DNA of 62,411 bases, filler included. It is 13 parts of 13 records of this genome, joined end to end, with 100 filler letters (N's around TTAATTAATTAA, not from the genome) between each part and the next. Parts side by side here need not be neighbours in the genome. Positions count along the whole stretch, not along the records: positions 31,038 to 36,770 come from SRR7504441_18813; positions 36,871 to 41,646 come from SRR7504441_18817; positions 41,747 to 45,706 come from SRR7504441_18829; 10 more parts are not named here. The stretch is one strand, 5' to 3'. Under the pieces are notes generated by a model. That model was not told where the DNA came from. It saw only the letters and a list, made by a program, of their open reading frames with translations, and made no database searches. Position 1 is the first letter of the stretch; each line of letters begins with the position of its first letter. Of this stretch, positions 31,038-44,004 are shown one piece after another. The translations under genes were made by a program, and so were the position numbers.

Positions 31038-33230
31038 CGGGCGGTGGAGGCGGCGCGGGAGGAGCTGCACAAGCAGGTGCACCAGGAGCACGGGCCGAAG
31101 CGGACGTGGCCAAAGCGGACCCTGGCGCGACCTCCAAAATGGACAAGCCCATGCCCAAGCCCATCCCGCCGAAGACGGACCCGGCCGACGGGTGTGGTGA
31201 GCTGTTCGTGTGCGCGGACCCCACCCCCGACCGGGAGTGGTGCTGGTCGTGCAAGGCGCTGGTGGTCGGGATCCAGGGCGGGTTCCGGCTGTTCTGGATC
31301 GCGGTGGCCGGCCCGAATAAGGTTCGGCGCGGCTGGCTGTGGGTCTCGTTGCTCGCTTTCCTGTGCTTGGCCACGGTGGGTGGCAAGGTGCTCGTGAGCT
31401 TCCTGATCCGGGACTTCATGACCAGCCTGCAGAAGAAGGACAAGGAGGCGTTCTACGCGCACGTGGCCACGCTGCTGGTCTTCTTTATCTTCATCGTCCC
31501 CGTGTTCGCGCTAGAACACTACGTCACCGACAGGCTCAGCCTCGGCTGGCGGGACTGGCTGACCGAGCGGTTTATCCGTTGCTACATGCTCAAACGTAAC
31601 TACCTCCGGCTGGTGCACGCCGGGGGGCTTGACAACCCAGACCAGCGGATCTGCGAGGACATCCGCAACTTCACACAGAACGGAGCCTGGCTAGGCGTGA
31701 CAGCGTTAGTGAGCCTGCTCACTGTGAGTGTCTTCTCAGTGGTTCTCTACCTCGGTGCGCCGCCCAGGCCGCGCTACAGGCGCTCATATGGGCGGCAGTG
31801 TCTCCTATGCTGCTCTGGGTGCTGTTTGCGTACTGCGCGCTAGGCTCGCTCGTCACAGTGTTAGTGTTCGGCCCACCCATGGTGCCACAACCCGGCCTCG
31901 CTACCCTAACCCTAACCAGGTCGCGCTGCAATTCGAGACGCTACGGCGGGAGGCTGACCTCAGGTTCACAGTGGTCCGAGTGCGCGAGAACGCCGAGTGC
32001 GTTGCGTTCTACAAAGGTGAACGGCAGGAAGAGCAGCAGATGTCCAACCGGTTCAAGATACTGGTGCCAGTCGGCCGAGCTGGCTGAGCACGGCTGGCAG
32101 CTGGACGTGGTCAAGAGGAAGCTGGTGTGGGAGCTCGGGCTGCACAATTGGGTTTGGATGTACTATCACGCTGTCATCCTGCTCCCTCCCATCGTGATAG
32201 CCCCGCGCTACTTCCGCGGCGAAGTGCCATTCCCTCGCCGCGCCTTCGCTGAGAGGCGTTCAGGTCGAGTTCGGCACCATAAGCCAGGCCGGATACGCCT
32301 TCGGGCTGATTTATTACTCGCTCTCAATGCTTGCAGTTCGGTTCCAGCAGCTGACCAACTTGGGCGCCGAGGCAGCCTGGCCTGCTCTAACGGATCTGAG
32401 CTGCAGGCCAGGTGTCGCGTCTGAATGAGCTGGCCACCGAGATTGATTTGTTCGAGCACGAGCGCTTTGCTGAGCCCGAGCGTGAGACTGATCCAGAGAG
32501 CGAGGGACTGATCGACCAGAACCCACTCTCTCAGGACGATGAGCAGGTAGGGATGGTGTATGAGCCCGAGGCCGGGCTGGTGTTGGACCAGCTCCAAGTG
32601 CAGACCCCTGGGACCGGCCAAGTGCTGATTGAGTCGCTCAGCCTTGCGGTCAAGCCAGGCGAGTCGCTGCTCGTGATGGGTGGAAGTGGCTGTGGCAAGA
32701 CCAGTCTCCTGCGCACGATCGCTGGGCTGTGGACCCGCGGCCGTGGCCAAGTGCGTCGGCCACCGGACGAGGAGATCTTGTTTCTGCCGCAGCAGCCGTA
32801 TATGATCATTGGCAACTTGAGGCAGCAAGTGCTCTATCCGCAGGTTGCAGATGCTACAGCTCCTGCGAGGGACCACAAGATATTCGAGATGCTAAACTTT
32901 GTCCGGTTGAGCAAGCTGTCTGACCGAGTCGGCGGGCTTGGGCAGGAGGCCAACTGGAAGGAGGAGCTGAGTACGGGCGAGCAGCAGAGAATCGGCTTTG
33001 CTCGGCTTTTTCTGCAAGCGCCCAAGATGTGCTTCCTAGACGAGGCGACCAGCGCTCTGGATCAGGAGAACGAGACGCATCTGTACACCCGGCTCAAGAG
33101 TCTAGGCTGCGTCTACGTGAGCGTCGGCCATCGACATTCGCTTGTTCAGTTCCACACTCACGTGCTGCACTTCACCGGCCCAGGCGAGTATACACTTCAG
33201 ACCGCCGAAGAGTTTCTCAGCAAAAAATGA
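31038..33230 (+). CDS. ABCD-type half transporter (spliced, start uncertain)
   Basis: DNPDQRI, EAA motif RENAECVAFY, GGSGCGKT, FLPQQPY, LSTGEQQR, FLDEATSA, SVGHR. Confidence 0.92.
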
Positions 33231-33304
33231 ATGCATTAAAAACGTTCGCATTAAACGCATTAAACATTATACATACATACATTAAGCACGTGCTTTAGTT
33301 GAGT

Positions 33305-35868
33305 CTATGGCGGATCTGATGGCGAGCATCCCGTACTATAATCGATGCTCAGCCATGGGTGTTCGAGCGCCTTACGGGCCGTTGGCCGCTTTAAGGGGTC
33401 AATGGTCATCAGAAAATCCAAGAAGCTAACAAACTCCGAGTCTTCGCAATGCATCCGGTGCCGAAGGCTAGTTCTCTTTGGATACAAGAACGTGTACTCA
33501 TCTCGATCTGGACCTGCGCGCTTCTCAAAAAGCGTATAGTTCCTGGTGAAGTATTTCTCAACGAATCGAGCTTCCTGGAGCATTGGATCTGGGATTGGCC
33601 CGAGGATCCCAATGATCCGTGCAAGTAATTCTGGAATCGAGTCGCTCTGAAATAACACCAACCCCGACCACAGCTCTGCCAGTATGCAACCCAGTGACCA
33701 TACATCCACACCCCTGCCGTAGGTGCATCCCAGGACTACTTCAGGAGCCCGGTATGAACGCGATTGGACGTATGATGTTAGATGGTCAGTAATGTAGCAA
33801 CTAGCACCGAAGTCAATCACCTGTTTCACCACAATAGATACTCAGAACTGCCTAACACTAGCGCGGACACCTTCACTTCACACTTGGAGTAGCTCTTGAT
33901 CAGGATGTTCTCAGGTTTGAGATCACAATGGATCAGACCCAGATCATGAATGAAACACAGCGCGTGTAAAACTTGCTTTGAGATTTGCTGAAGCCTTGGT
34001 AACGTAAAGTACTTCTCGAAGTCATTCTTGCGATTAAACTTCTGGAACTCGTAGAGATTATCTCGAAGCAACCTGAGTATCAGCACCCATGAGCAATGTA
34101 GCAACTAGCACGGAAGTTACTCAGTAACAAGGAAGAGGTGCTCCTTGAAATAAAAATAGTCGTACAATTGTAGCACATTGTAGGCATCTGCATCACCGGC
34201 CGCATTGATGTACTTGAGAAGTTTGATTTCATCGATACTCTGATCAAAGTAGTCCTGGCGAGGCAACACGTCATCCTGCGGGAAGGCGAGTCGAAGGATA
34301 CCTTGGAGTTCTTGATGATCTTGAGGCAAACTAGTTTGTCCTGTTCCAAGTCCAAGCACTGCACTGCCGTACTGAAAGCAGCGCTCCCGAGGTGCTCAGT
34401 GATCTGATATCTGGATGCCCACAGGTCAATTCACAGGTGGCAATCGTCTCAGGTACCGGCCAGCAATCACGCTGCCAACTATTGTGGGGAACTCCTTGGA
34501 GGCTTCGAATCCAGTTTTGTCTGGTTCGTAGTAGATCTATCCCAGCCGACCTTCATTTCCAATATTCGGCACACCGACTGACCTTCAGCTCAAAGCAATC
34601 GCAATGAGCAACGCTTTGCATCGGTCCAGGCTCACCAGTTCCTTGCTTACTCGATGGCGTGCTCAAAACATCGACAAGCGCAACATCTTCGGCGCTACTC
34701 GCGCTTGGTGAGTACGGTTCGAGCATTTGATTATCCGGCCCAGCGATTGGCCAGCCTACCACATCAATCAGGTCGCAGGCGCGCTTTGGATCACCTGATC
34801 TTTCTGATTTTGCAGCTCTTGTCCGCGCACTGACCATCACAAAACCCTCTTTGGCCTGGCAGTAGTGGCGGCATGCCTGAATCAGCACCACAACACTCTC
34901 AGCCTCCCAGCGGACAGCCACCAACCGAAGACACAGCTTGGCTACTGGTAACACGCTACTAGCATTCTATTGTCAACCTGCTCATGTTGCTTGGTTATTT
35001 GCAAGACCTCAAGGTCATCGTCACTCGTCAGCTCTTCGCTCCCCGTCTGAGTCGCACAGTCGCCAACCGACGTGATATCCTGATCACTGAGGTCGTTGTC
35101 CTCAACAGCAAGCATTTCTGCATCCCCCGGCTCACGCGCCTGTGCTCACGAGGCATCACCTTCGCGGGTGAGCACGACCCTTTCGTACCCTACATCGTCG
35201 TCGTCTTCCCACTCGTCGCTCTCATGTCCGTCACGGCGCAGCAGCTCAACGCCGTCATTACGATCAGCCACGAGCTCGTCCAATGTGCGCGCAGTCAGTG
35301 ACGATTCCGCGACCGCCGAGTCCGAGTGGTGCGTCAGTTCCATGTGGCTCGTACTCATCTCCGTCAGGTCCTCCTCGGCATCGGTGTCTTCCTCGGCACT
35401 CGAATCCACCCCGCCCCGGCTTGGCTTCTCCGCCGGCTCCACCGTTGCTTCGCTGTCCAGTGCTCCGGTCAGTGGCCCGGCGCTTCTAGCAGCTGGTCAC
35501 CGCGCCTCCGCGTCCGAGCTCTGCGCGTCCGAGTAGACGCTGCTGTTCTCGGACCGCTCCTCTGCCCCTGCAGCCACAACTCAGCCACCCGGTGGCGCTG
35601 CAGCCAACCCAAGCTGTTCCGCCCAGGAGCTTCGGCCGGCCGCAGGTTTTCAGTGAGGATGGATTCAAGCCTGCAGTGCCGGTAGAACGGCTGGGCGCTT
35701 TCTGCACAGGCCGAGTCGCGGGCCGGGCTGCGGGGGGCGGCACCCAGCTCGTCGTAGAGCGTGGCCTCTGTCCAATTCAAGCCCCTGCGAGAGACGTGAG
35801 CGGTGCGAGCCCGGGCGACACCGTGCTTGCAAGAAGTCCACCACGAGCGTGATCAGCGCGTTCTCCAT
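33305..35868 (-). CDS. DYRK-related CMGC kinase with N-terminal LisH-like motif (spliced)
   Basis: LGSAAFS, CLKIIKN, HCDLKPEN, IDFG, YVQSRSYRAPE; N-terminus LVVDFLQAR|GLNWTEATLYDEL. Confidence 0.9.
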
Positions 35869-36080
35869 CTCGGGCGTCGGCTGCTGCGGCACCGGCACCA
35901 TGATGAGGAAGGTCTTAGCCACACAGTCGTTCGGAGGAACAGGTGTGCAGGGTCTGCACGTCCCCGACGAGTCAAGCTGGCAAATGATCCGTTGCGAGAA
36001 CATGGTCGAAAGCACTGCAGCTGGGTTAGAGGGTTAGCCAGCTGCGTCATAGCCGGGTGCATCAACCCCGCTGGGCCGAC

Positions 36081-36770
36081 ATGCCTTCATACAGCCCGGC
36101 CGCGCTCACCCCTGCCCAGCTGCGCCAGCGCGCGGTTGAGCTGCGCCAGATGGCCAGCTTGAACAACGCTGCGGACACAGAGGCCTCGCCTGCCATGCTA
36201 GACAGAACGCGCCCGGGCTTGCCGCCCCCCGTGCTCTCGCCGGACGAACTGGAGGCCGCGCTCAGCACGCTACGCTCAGACTCGATCCGGCCGGTGCCGC
36301 TGGAGAGACGCCGTGAGGAGCCGGTGGACTCCGGGCTGGGCCAACTTGTGCTAAAGCTGCACGACAAGCTGGAGGCTAGCCAGGACAAGCTGGAGGCAAA
36401 TCAGGGCAAGCTGGAAGCTAGCCAGGCCGAGGCTGCCTACCTGCGCCACCAGCTAGCCGCCAGCCAGGCCGAGGCGGCTGCCGCAGCCAAGGTGGAGGAG
36501 GACGCAGCTCGGGCCCGGGTGGCCGAGGAGGAGGCGGTCTGCGCGGCGCTGGAGCCGGCGCATGCGCGGATCGTGGATCTGGAGGAGGAGCTGGATTGTC
36601 TCCGGCGCAAGATAGCATTTGATCAAGCCGAGGCGGCCGAGGCGGCCAGGGCTCAGAAGGAGGCGGCCAGGGCCAAGGCCGCACAGGACGGGGCGGGGGA
36701 GATATCCAGGATGCATCGGGAGGCTGACCGGCTGAGCTCGGAGCTGGCGTCGGTCCAGCTGGACAAGCGC
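36081..36770 (+). CDS. Coiled-coil protein, 3'-truncated
   Basis: A/E-rich heptads including DKLEASQ-DKLEANQ-GKLEASQ. Confidence 0.6.
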
Positions 36771-36870
36771 NNNNNNNNNNNNNNNNNNNNNNNNNNNNNN
36801 NNNNNNNNNNNNNNTTAATTAATTAANNNNNNNNNNNNNNNNNNNNNNNNNNNNNNNNNNNNNNNNNNNN
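36771..36870. other. Artificial contig linker
   Basis: N44-TTAATTAATTAA-N44. Confidence 0.99.
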
Positions 36871-39151
36871 GCTCGACCGGCGGCTCTCCGTGGCCGCCCG
36901 CCTGGATGCGCTCCTGCCACGGCTGTCAACGGCCGAGAAGGTGGCGCTCACCTTTGCAACTCACACGGGTCTGAGCACCGTCCGAGAATTCAACGTGACG
37001 GTCGGCGCAGTCAAGTACATGAGTGCCTTCCACTGCCCGGGCAACATCTCGCGCTGTGTCGAGCAGCGCAACCAACTGCAGTCGCACTTCATCAGCCAGT
37101 CGCGGCACAAGATCCCGCTCTCGTTTATCAACGAAGGGCTGCACGGTGGTGCCCCTGGCGGCAGTATATTCCCCGAGCCGATCACGCAGGGCATGTCTTG
37201 GAATGTGTCGCTGGTGGCGGCGATCGGCTCGGCCATAGCCCGAGAGGCGGCCCTGATCGGCGTGGATACCGTCTTCGCTCCGGTAGTCAACATGATGACG
37301 GACCTGCGCTTTGGGCGACTGCAGGAGGGGTACGGCGAGAATCCCGTTATGGCGGCCCACTTTGGCCGTGCAGCCGTGCTTGCACTGCAAGGGCAGCCAG
37401 CCGAGTACCTGCCCAGTGGGGCCGTCAACTCCCTCGGAAAGCACTATGCTGCCTACGGGGCGTCCGCAGGCGGTCTGAACGGCGGAGCGGCAGACGTGAG
37501 CAACAGGACGTTGCATGAGTACTACCTGCGGCCGTGGATGGCGCTCGGGCGGGCAGGGCTACGGACGGCGATGGCAAGTCACAACACAGTGCACGGTATC
37601 CCTGCACACGCAAACCGGCAGCTGCTAGATGAATTCAGAGAGTCGTTCGGGTTTGGGGATGGCGTTGTGCTGAGCGACTGCGATGATATCGGAGTAGTTT
37701 ACGACTTCAGGCTCGCGTCAAACAGGACACATGCAGCGGCGATGGCTCTGAGCGCCGGAGTAGACTGGGATTTGCAATGCGGGGAAGACCCGGAGAAATG
37801 GAGCTACAATAAACTGCCCGATGCACTGGAACAGCAACTGGTGAGTCCCGCCGCGCTGGACAGAGCGGCCAGGCGGGTGCTTAAGCTCAAACTGTCTACT
37901 GGCCTGTTTGACGACCGCGCATTCACTCCTGTGCCCGATCCTTCAGATCCAGGACTGGACTCAGCAGCCAACCGCCAGCTGGCACTGGAGGCAGCCGAGC
38001 AGGGCGTTGTGCTCCTGCAGAACCAGAACAGCACCCTCCCCATCCCAGGGCTGCACGCCATGCAGGTGGCACTGTTTGGACCTCTTGCTCATGACGAGTC
38101 GGCCATGGTTGGTTCTTATGTGCTGGGTGGTGCTGAGGTTCAAACCATTGATAAAGCACTAACGGCAGCCGGTATTCGATTTGAACAGATGGACGGCTGC
38201 AAGGCCTCTGGGGCCCCTCAAGAGGCCTGCGGCGACCTCGGCGCTGTGGCTAGCCTAGCTGAGCGGTCGGAGCTCTCGCTTGTTGTGCTTGGTGATCAAG
38301 ATGGTCAGTGCGGTGAGTGGCAGGACAGAGACAGCCTCGACCTAGCCGGTGGGCAACTGCAGCTGCTCGAAACTGTGGCCAATGCCTCCAAAGTCACAGT
38401 TGTCGTGCTAATTCACGGCCGGCCTCAGACTTTCGGCAGGGGCAACAAAGCGCTTGAGCAAGTGCAAGCGGTGCTGGCTGGATGGCGGCCTGGCGAGATG
38501 GGAGGCCCTGCGATTCTAAACCTGCTACAGGGCCAAGCCGTCCCCTCAGGCAAGCTCACCCAGTCTTGGCCGCAGACTGTTGGACACGTGCATTCGGGCT
38601 CTTCGCCCTGGCTCCAGCCTGTGGCCGGGAAGTGGATTGCCAATGACAAGGGGTGTGAGACTCTGCAGTCGGAGGGCAGATGCTATAATCCCTATGTATT
38701 CGACGGCTGGGCCAGCACGCCGCTATTCGGGTTCGGATTTGGACTCTCTTACACCCAGTTTGAGTACATCGACATGAGTGTGGGGCCAGTGCATCCAGCT
38801 GCAAGCGCTTGGCGACTGGACGCTGTGCCAGATACGGAGCGGATTGTTGCCAATGTAACGATCAAGCTCAAGAATACTGGCTCGGTGCACGCCGGAGCAG
38901 AGGCCGCCCAGTTGTACGTGCAGGACCCACCCAATGGCGAGTTTGTGCCCTACTGGCGCCGATTGATTGGGTTCAGCCGGACTTCTGTGCTGGCGCCGGG
39001 CCAAACAGCTACTGTGGAAATCCCGATCCTGTGGAGTGACATTGCTTTGTTCGATAACACGATGAAGCTGCGACTCTTTCCTGGCGTTTATAGCCTGTAC
39101 AGCGGCGGGTCGTCACAAGCGACCCCTCTACATGCACAGCTCGTGCTCTGA
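36871..39151 (+). CDS. Glycoside hydrolase family 3 (beta-glucosidase/xylosidase), 5'-truncated, intronless
   Basis: EGLHG, RFGRLQEGYGE, KHYAAYG, LSDCD nucleophile, VLLQN, PSGKL, FGFGLSYT, Fn3-like tail. Confidence 0.95.
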
Positions 39152-39557
39152 CAACGATACAATAAATTAAGGCTATGAGCTGGGGTTTTCCGCGATCACC
39201 CACTCCGGCAAACCCTCAAAGAACTCAGATATCATGTTTGTTTGGGAGTTGGAAGGCGGCCGCTACAACACCACCAAATGCACCACGGCACCAGGGCGCC
39301 AATGCATAGGATATCCGAGGGATAGCCAACTTTCAGTGCGAGGGAGCTCGGGGTACATGACATTGTAAGCACCGAGTTAGAAGGGATAAATTAAAGTAGG
39401 GCTCTAGATCTAGCGTAGGCCAAGACGTCGCGCGCGGCGGCGCGGCGTCGTTCAACAGGGATTATCAGTCCCCAAACCGCCGGGGACAGGTCAAACTGGA
39501 AAGACCAGAAGGCACCGGCTGCGGGATGCGAGCCAGGCGCTGTACATTGGACGAGTA

Positions 39558-41313
39558 ATGTCAACCCGGGTTCCGCTGCTAGTCGAGCTGGCCAGCTGGG
39601 CAGTGGCTGGGGCCGCGGGCGAGTTGGACCGGGAGCTGGCCGCATTGCCCAGCGACCTGGCTGCCGGCTGCATCCGAGCGGCCGCGCTCCGTGGCGCGCT
39701 GACCCCGGCGGCGCTAGCCGGGCTGGTGGCCGACCCAGGGCTCGAGCTGCTCGAGATGCCGACGGCCGAGCTGGCGGACCCGCCGCTGCTCCAGCTGCTC
39801 CCGTACATCCCAGCTCTCACCGCCGTGGACTGGTCCAGCTGCGCCCGACTGACAGACCAAAGCGTGCACCGGCTCGCCAAGGCCTGCCCCCAGCTACAGA
39901 GCCTGCGGCTGGCCGGCACGGGCGTCACAGACGCGGGGGTGGCCGCTGTGGCGGGTCGGTGCCGACTGCAGCTGCTCGACGTGTCCCGCTGCGCCAAGCT
40001 GCGCGACGGGTGGCTCGCCGCGGTGGTCGATCGGTGCCGGCCGTGGCTGCGCTGCCTGCTGGCCAACCAGGTGGCGGTCCGGTCGGTGGCCGGGCTGCGC
40101 GGCTGCCTCGAGCTCCGGCGTCTCGAGCTGTGCCAGTGCCCCGGGGCCGACGATGACGCGCTCAAGGTGGCTGTGCATGGCTGGGGGCGAGCTGGGGGCA
40201 GGCGCTTGTCCAGCGGGAATGGGTGGACGCTGACCCCTTAGAGAGCTGGGAGGACGAGCAGGAGGAGCCCGAGGCCGAGCTGCAGCAGGGTCTAGCGCGG
40301 CTTGAGCTGTTGAGGCTCGATGGCTCCAGACTGGGGCCCAGCCTGCCTGAGCTTTGCCTGAGCAACACGCAGCTCCGGTGCCTGGGGGGGTCACTGAGCG
40401 CTGATGCGGCGGCCAGATACCTCTCGCTGGTGGATGTGGGTTCGGTGGACGATCTGGCGCTCAGCCGGTCGCTGGCCCATCTGGACAAGCTCACGGAGCT
40501 AGACTTGTCTGGTTGCCTTAAGCTCACAGACCTGACCGCGGTCGCCTTGGCAGCCGGCCCTGCCGCCTTGGCTCGGCTCAGGATGGCTAGGCTGCCGCTA
40601 CTATGTGAGTCTGGGGCTTTAGCGCTGCTCCAGCTGCGGCTGCTACGAGAGCTGGACCTGTCCTGGTGCCCCAAAGTGCCGAGTTCGGCTATTCGGACCA
40701 TTGCTGCCCGTGCAACCCAGCTCCAATTGCTCGGGTCGCACGGATGCGGTGGCGGACCACAGCAGAGCTCGCCGCTGCTCCGACCCCTGGTGAAGGCCGC
40801 TTCCGCGGTCGGACTCAACACTGTTCGCAGGAGGAAGGCGCCACTTGGCAGTCGCTTGCTGCCAGCCCGGCTGCTCTCTCGGTGCCTAGTCTGGCTGCGT
40901 TGGACCGGATCGGGCACGCTGTGGTCTCTGGCCTGCAGAATGCCACAGTCTGCAGGGCCAGCACTTTGCTGGCCGCATCCAACGAGACGCTGCGGCCAGC
41001 GCTGTGTGTGTTGGTGTATCTTGCCGAGCCGACCGCTCGCTCTTGCCAAGTTCTAGTGAGGTTCTCGAGTGATTTGGCCGCCGCCGAAGCGTTTCGTCGG
41101 TGAGCTTGGGGCTTGAAGCTGCTGACGGGTGGGTGGGGCAGCTCGGATTGCGGGCTGCTCGAGGGTGGGATGAAGCTGTGCCGCTTGAGCGAGGCAACGG
41201 GGAGCGCCGAGGCTACCAAGAATAGGAAGGGGATAGCAACTTGGGCAGCCGAGGTGATAAGGGTTAAAAGGCCAGCCGTCAAGAGCGGAGGGAAAGGCCA
41301 CGGTTACGGCTAG
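39558..41313 (+). CDS. Cys-containing leucine-rich repeat protein (FBXL/AMN1-like), spliced
   Basis: Repeats such as LTELDLSGCLKLTD, LRELDLSWCPKV, LQSLRLAGTGVTD. Confidence 0.8.
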
Positions 41314-41543
41314 AGCGCTTTACATGCAAGAGCGCTTAACATTTGTTGCTAGCTTACGCATATTGTGTGAAAGCATTTATTGAAGATTGATACATTTGAA
41401 GTGTAAGTAAGTGCTCTTAGTAGCAAGTGGGCTGTAGCTCCGGCGTGTACACCGGAAAAGAAGGCAAAGCACAGCCGCGCCTTGCACGAATCGCGCCATC
41501 TTCAACACATCCGCTTGGAGGCTAAGTTCTGGCCAGTTCTTGT

Positions 41544-41646
<103 letters not shown>

Positions 41647-41746
41647 NNNNNNNNNNNNNNNNNNNNNNNNNNNNNNNNNNNNNNNNNNNNTTAATTAATT
41701 AANNNNNNNNNNNNNNNNNNNNNNNNNNNNNNNNNNNNNNNNNNNN
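41647..41746. other. Artificial contig linker
   Basis: N44-TTAATTAATTAA-N44. Confidence 0.99.
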
Positions 41747-41809
41747 GCATTCATCTCAGATAGAGTGTAATGCATTTGGCAAGACGTTAGTGCTCACTAT
41801 CAAACCGTC

Positions 41810-42597
41810 TTACAAGCCGTGATTTGAATCGGATTCATCACCCTCAAACGAGCCGTGATCTGAATCAGATTCTTCGGTCATGCAATAACAGGCCTTTGTT
41901 TCCATCGGTGCTGGGTCCTTGAAGTGCATGTTGCTGCAACGCACGGAGCCTACCACTTGCTGAGAGTCCCACTTCGATGCAGCTCCGTACGTTACAGTGC
42001 CAATGCATTCGCATATTTCCCCCTCCCTTGCACACCGCTTGCCTAGCTCTTCACTTTTTTTAGCATCCTGCTGGTCATGCAGAGGTCCCCATCTCGCAAT
42101 GCTCCGCATTAAAGACGGAATTGCGTCTTTCTGCCCTGTAGCAATGGGCCCTTTGCCACCTTCTCTAGCTTGGACTCACAGCGCCACAGCCGGGCCGTGG
42201 TCTTCGCTTGGTGTGCCCTGGCGGTGTCGAGCCGCCCTCGCAGCTCTCCTATGGTCCGGTTGTTGTCCTCGGTAACATGACTTTGCACGCCACACAGCCC
42301 CACAGCCGCCTGCAGCGCTGCAATCGTCCTTTTATCCTGGGCCTCGCGCGCCATCCGCTCGCCCGCTGCCTCGTCACACCGCTTTAGCTCCGCCTGCAGC
42401 CCGGCAGCGGTGCGGACGCCTTGGCGCTCGGACAATCGCGCCGCCGCCTGCAGCGCCTGGATGGTCCGGTTGGCCTGGCGGCATAGCGGGGTGCTGCGAG
42501 CTGGGCCGATTAGCTGATGGCCGACTGCAGTGTTGTACACCAACAGCCCTACCGCTGCCGCCGCCGCTAGCAGCAGGATAGCGGTCGTGGTCCGCAT
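41810..42597 (-). CDS. Signal-anchored protein: coiled-coil stalk + small Cys-rich lectin-like domain (spliced)
   Basis: Hydrophobic N-terminus, repeated RTIxALQAA, C-terminal CAREGEICECIGTVTYG..W..CSNMHFKDPAP..KACYC. Confidence 0.6.
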
Positions 42598-42732
42598 GTA
42601 CACTCCTGCCTCGGGCGTTGGTGCTACCGGTACCAAAGCGCGCGGGATAAATCGTAAATAAATCACCGCGGAAGACAGAAGTCTTGTTGATCGCAATTTG
42701 TTGTAAGTATAATTATAGACTGACAATTCGAC

Positions 42733-43824
42733 CTATCCGGCAGCGCGGTAGTCTTGGATGCTGCTCCGGTCGTCCACAAAGCCCTGCCCATAGACCGGCT
42801 TCGCGTAGCCCTCGCGCTGCACCGGATTACCAACCTGTGTTCGCTGCACGTCGAGAACAAACCTGATTGCCTTCTTGGTCCCAGCTGTCACCCTCGCACC
42901 GCCGTGATACAGATTGTCGTGCATTTGAGGGAAAACAACGCATTCGCCCACGGATGGCGTGATCTTGACGGCAGTGCCGCTAGCCCCTGATCCGATGAGC
43001 ACGCTGCTGTTGTGAGCATCCATATTCAACCGTGCCGGGAATATCAGAAACTCGCCACCCTCGTACTCGCCAGGGTTGAGATAACACTGCACCTGCCCCG
43101 AGCTCGCCTCTACAATAATGATAAATAAATGATATAACTAACTATAATACTAATCAAACAACCCACCGATGTCTGTGAGACCCTGGTCGGCTGCCCAGAA
43201 CTGTCCAAGTAATCCAAATTATCCTCCTGCGTGTCCACATGCTTTGCGTGCTCCCCCGCTGGCCCGCACCCGTCAGCTCGCCCCGCCATCCCCCCACCCG
43301 GCGACGATGTCGTCGTGAGTCGCAGCCGGCGGTTCGCACCCACCAGCGCCTCTCCGTACGGCAACTGTCCCAGCAGCCTTGCCCCCCCGACTTCCGCGGC
43401 CTTCAGACGGCGGAACAGCCGCTCGGCGAGCGCGTGGTCCGTTACGAGCTGCCGGGTGGTGCTGCGCCGGCCTGCGTACCTGCCGCAGAGGCTGGCCGCA
43501 CTGCCCTACCCGCCTTCACCTGGCGGCCACCTCGGCAGGGGCCATCACTCCCGGGTCGCCCACCGCGCCGAACACCCGTGCCAGCCAGGCGGCTTCCAGC
43601 GGACTGAACAGCCGCACCCGCGCGGCCAGCCCATGCAGCTCGTCGGGCCGAAGCATGGCGTGGCCCAGCCACCGCGCGGCCCGGCGGCCCGGTCGGGCGC
43701 TCAGGGACCGGCGGACGCGCCACGGCAGCCGCGGCCACAGCCCCGAGGCGCACCGCGGGGCCCCGACCGCAGCCAGCCAGAGCGCCAGTAGCACCGAGCA
43801 GCGGAGAGCTGCAGCCCGCCGCAT
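42733..43824 (-). CDS. Prolyl-4-hydroxylase-like 2OG-Fe(II) oxygenase with N-terminal hydrophobic segment (spliced)
   Basis: KHVD, YLN..YEGGE, YHGG.RV..GTK..IR; introns include 43093-43166. Confidence 0.8.
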
Positions 43825-44004
43825 CGAGAGTCGGGGTTGTTTTTCCGAGGTTTTTGATTTATTGCATCCCTTTATAGGCGCCATAGGATGGCTGTACGCA
43901 GTCGGCCGCGGCGGGAGACGCGCGCTCACAGGAGGCGGCTGGCGGGCTGCAGCAGGGCCGCGGGGGACTGAGCCCGTGGACTGGGTACCGCTAGAGCCAG
44001 CGCC

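Noticed and set aside
31903-31917. Telomere-like CCCTAACCCTAACC
   Set aside because: Only two units, inside a 38-nt intron where CTAAC serves as the branch site.
36363-36426. 21-nt tandem repeat
   Set aside because: Ordinary coiled-coil heptad duplication within a CDS.
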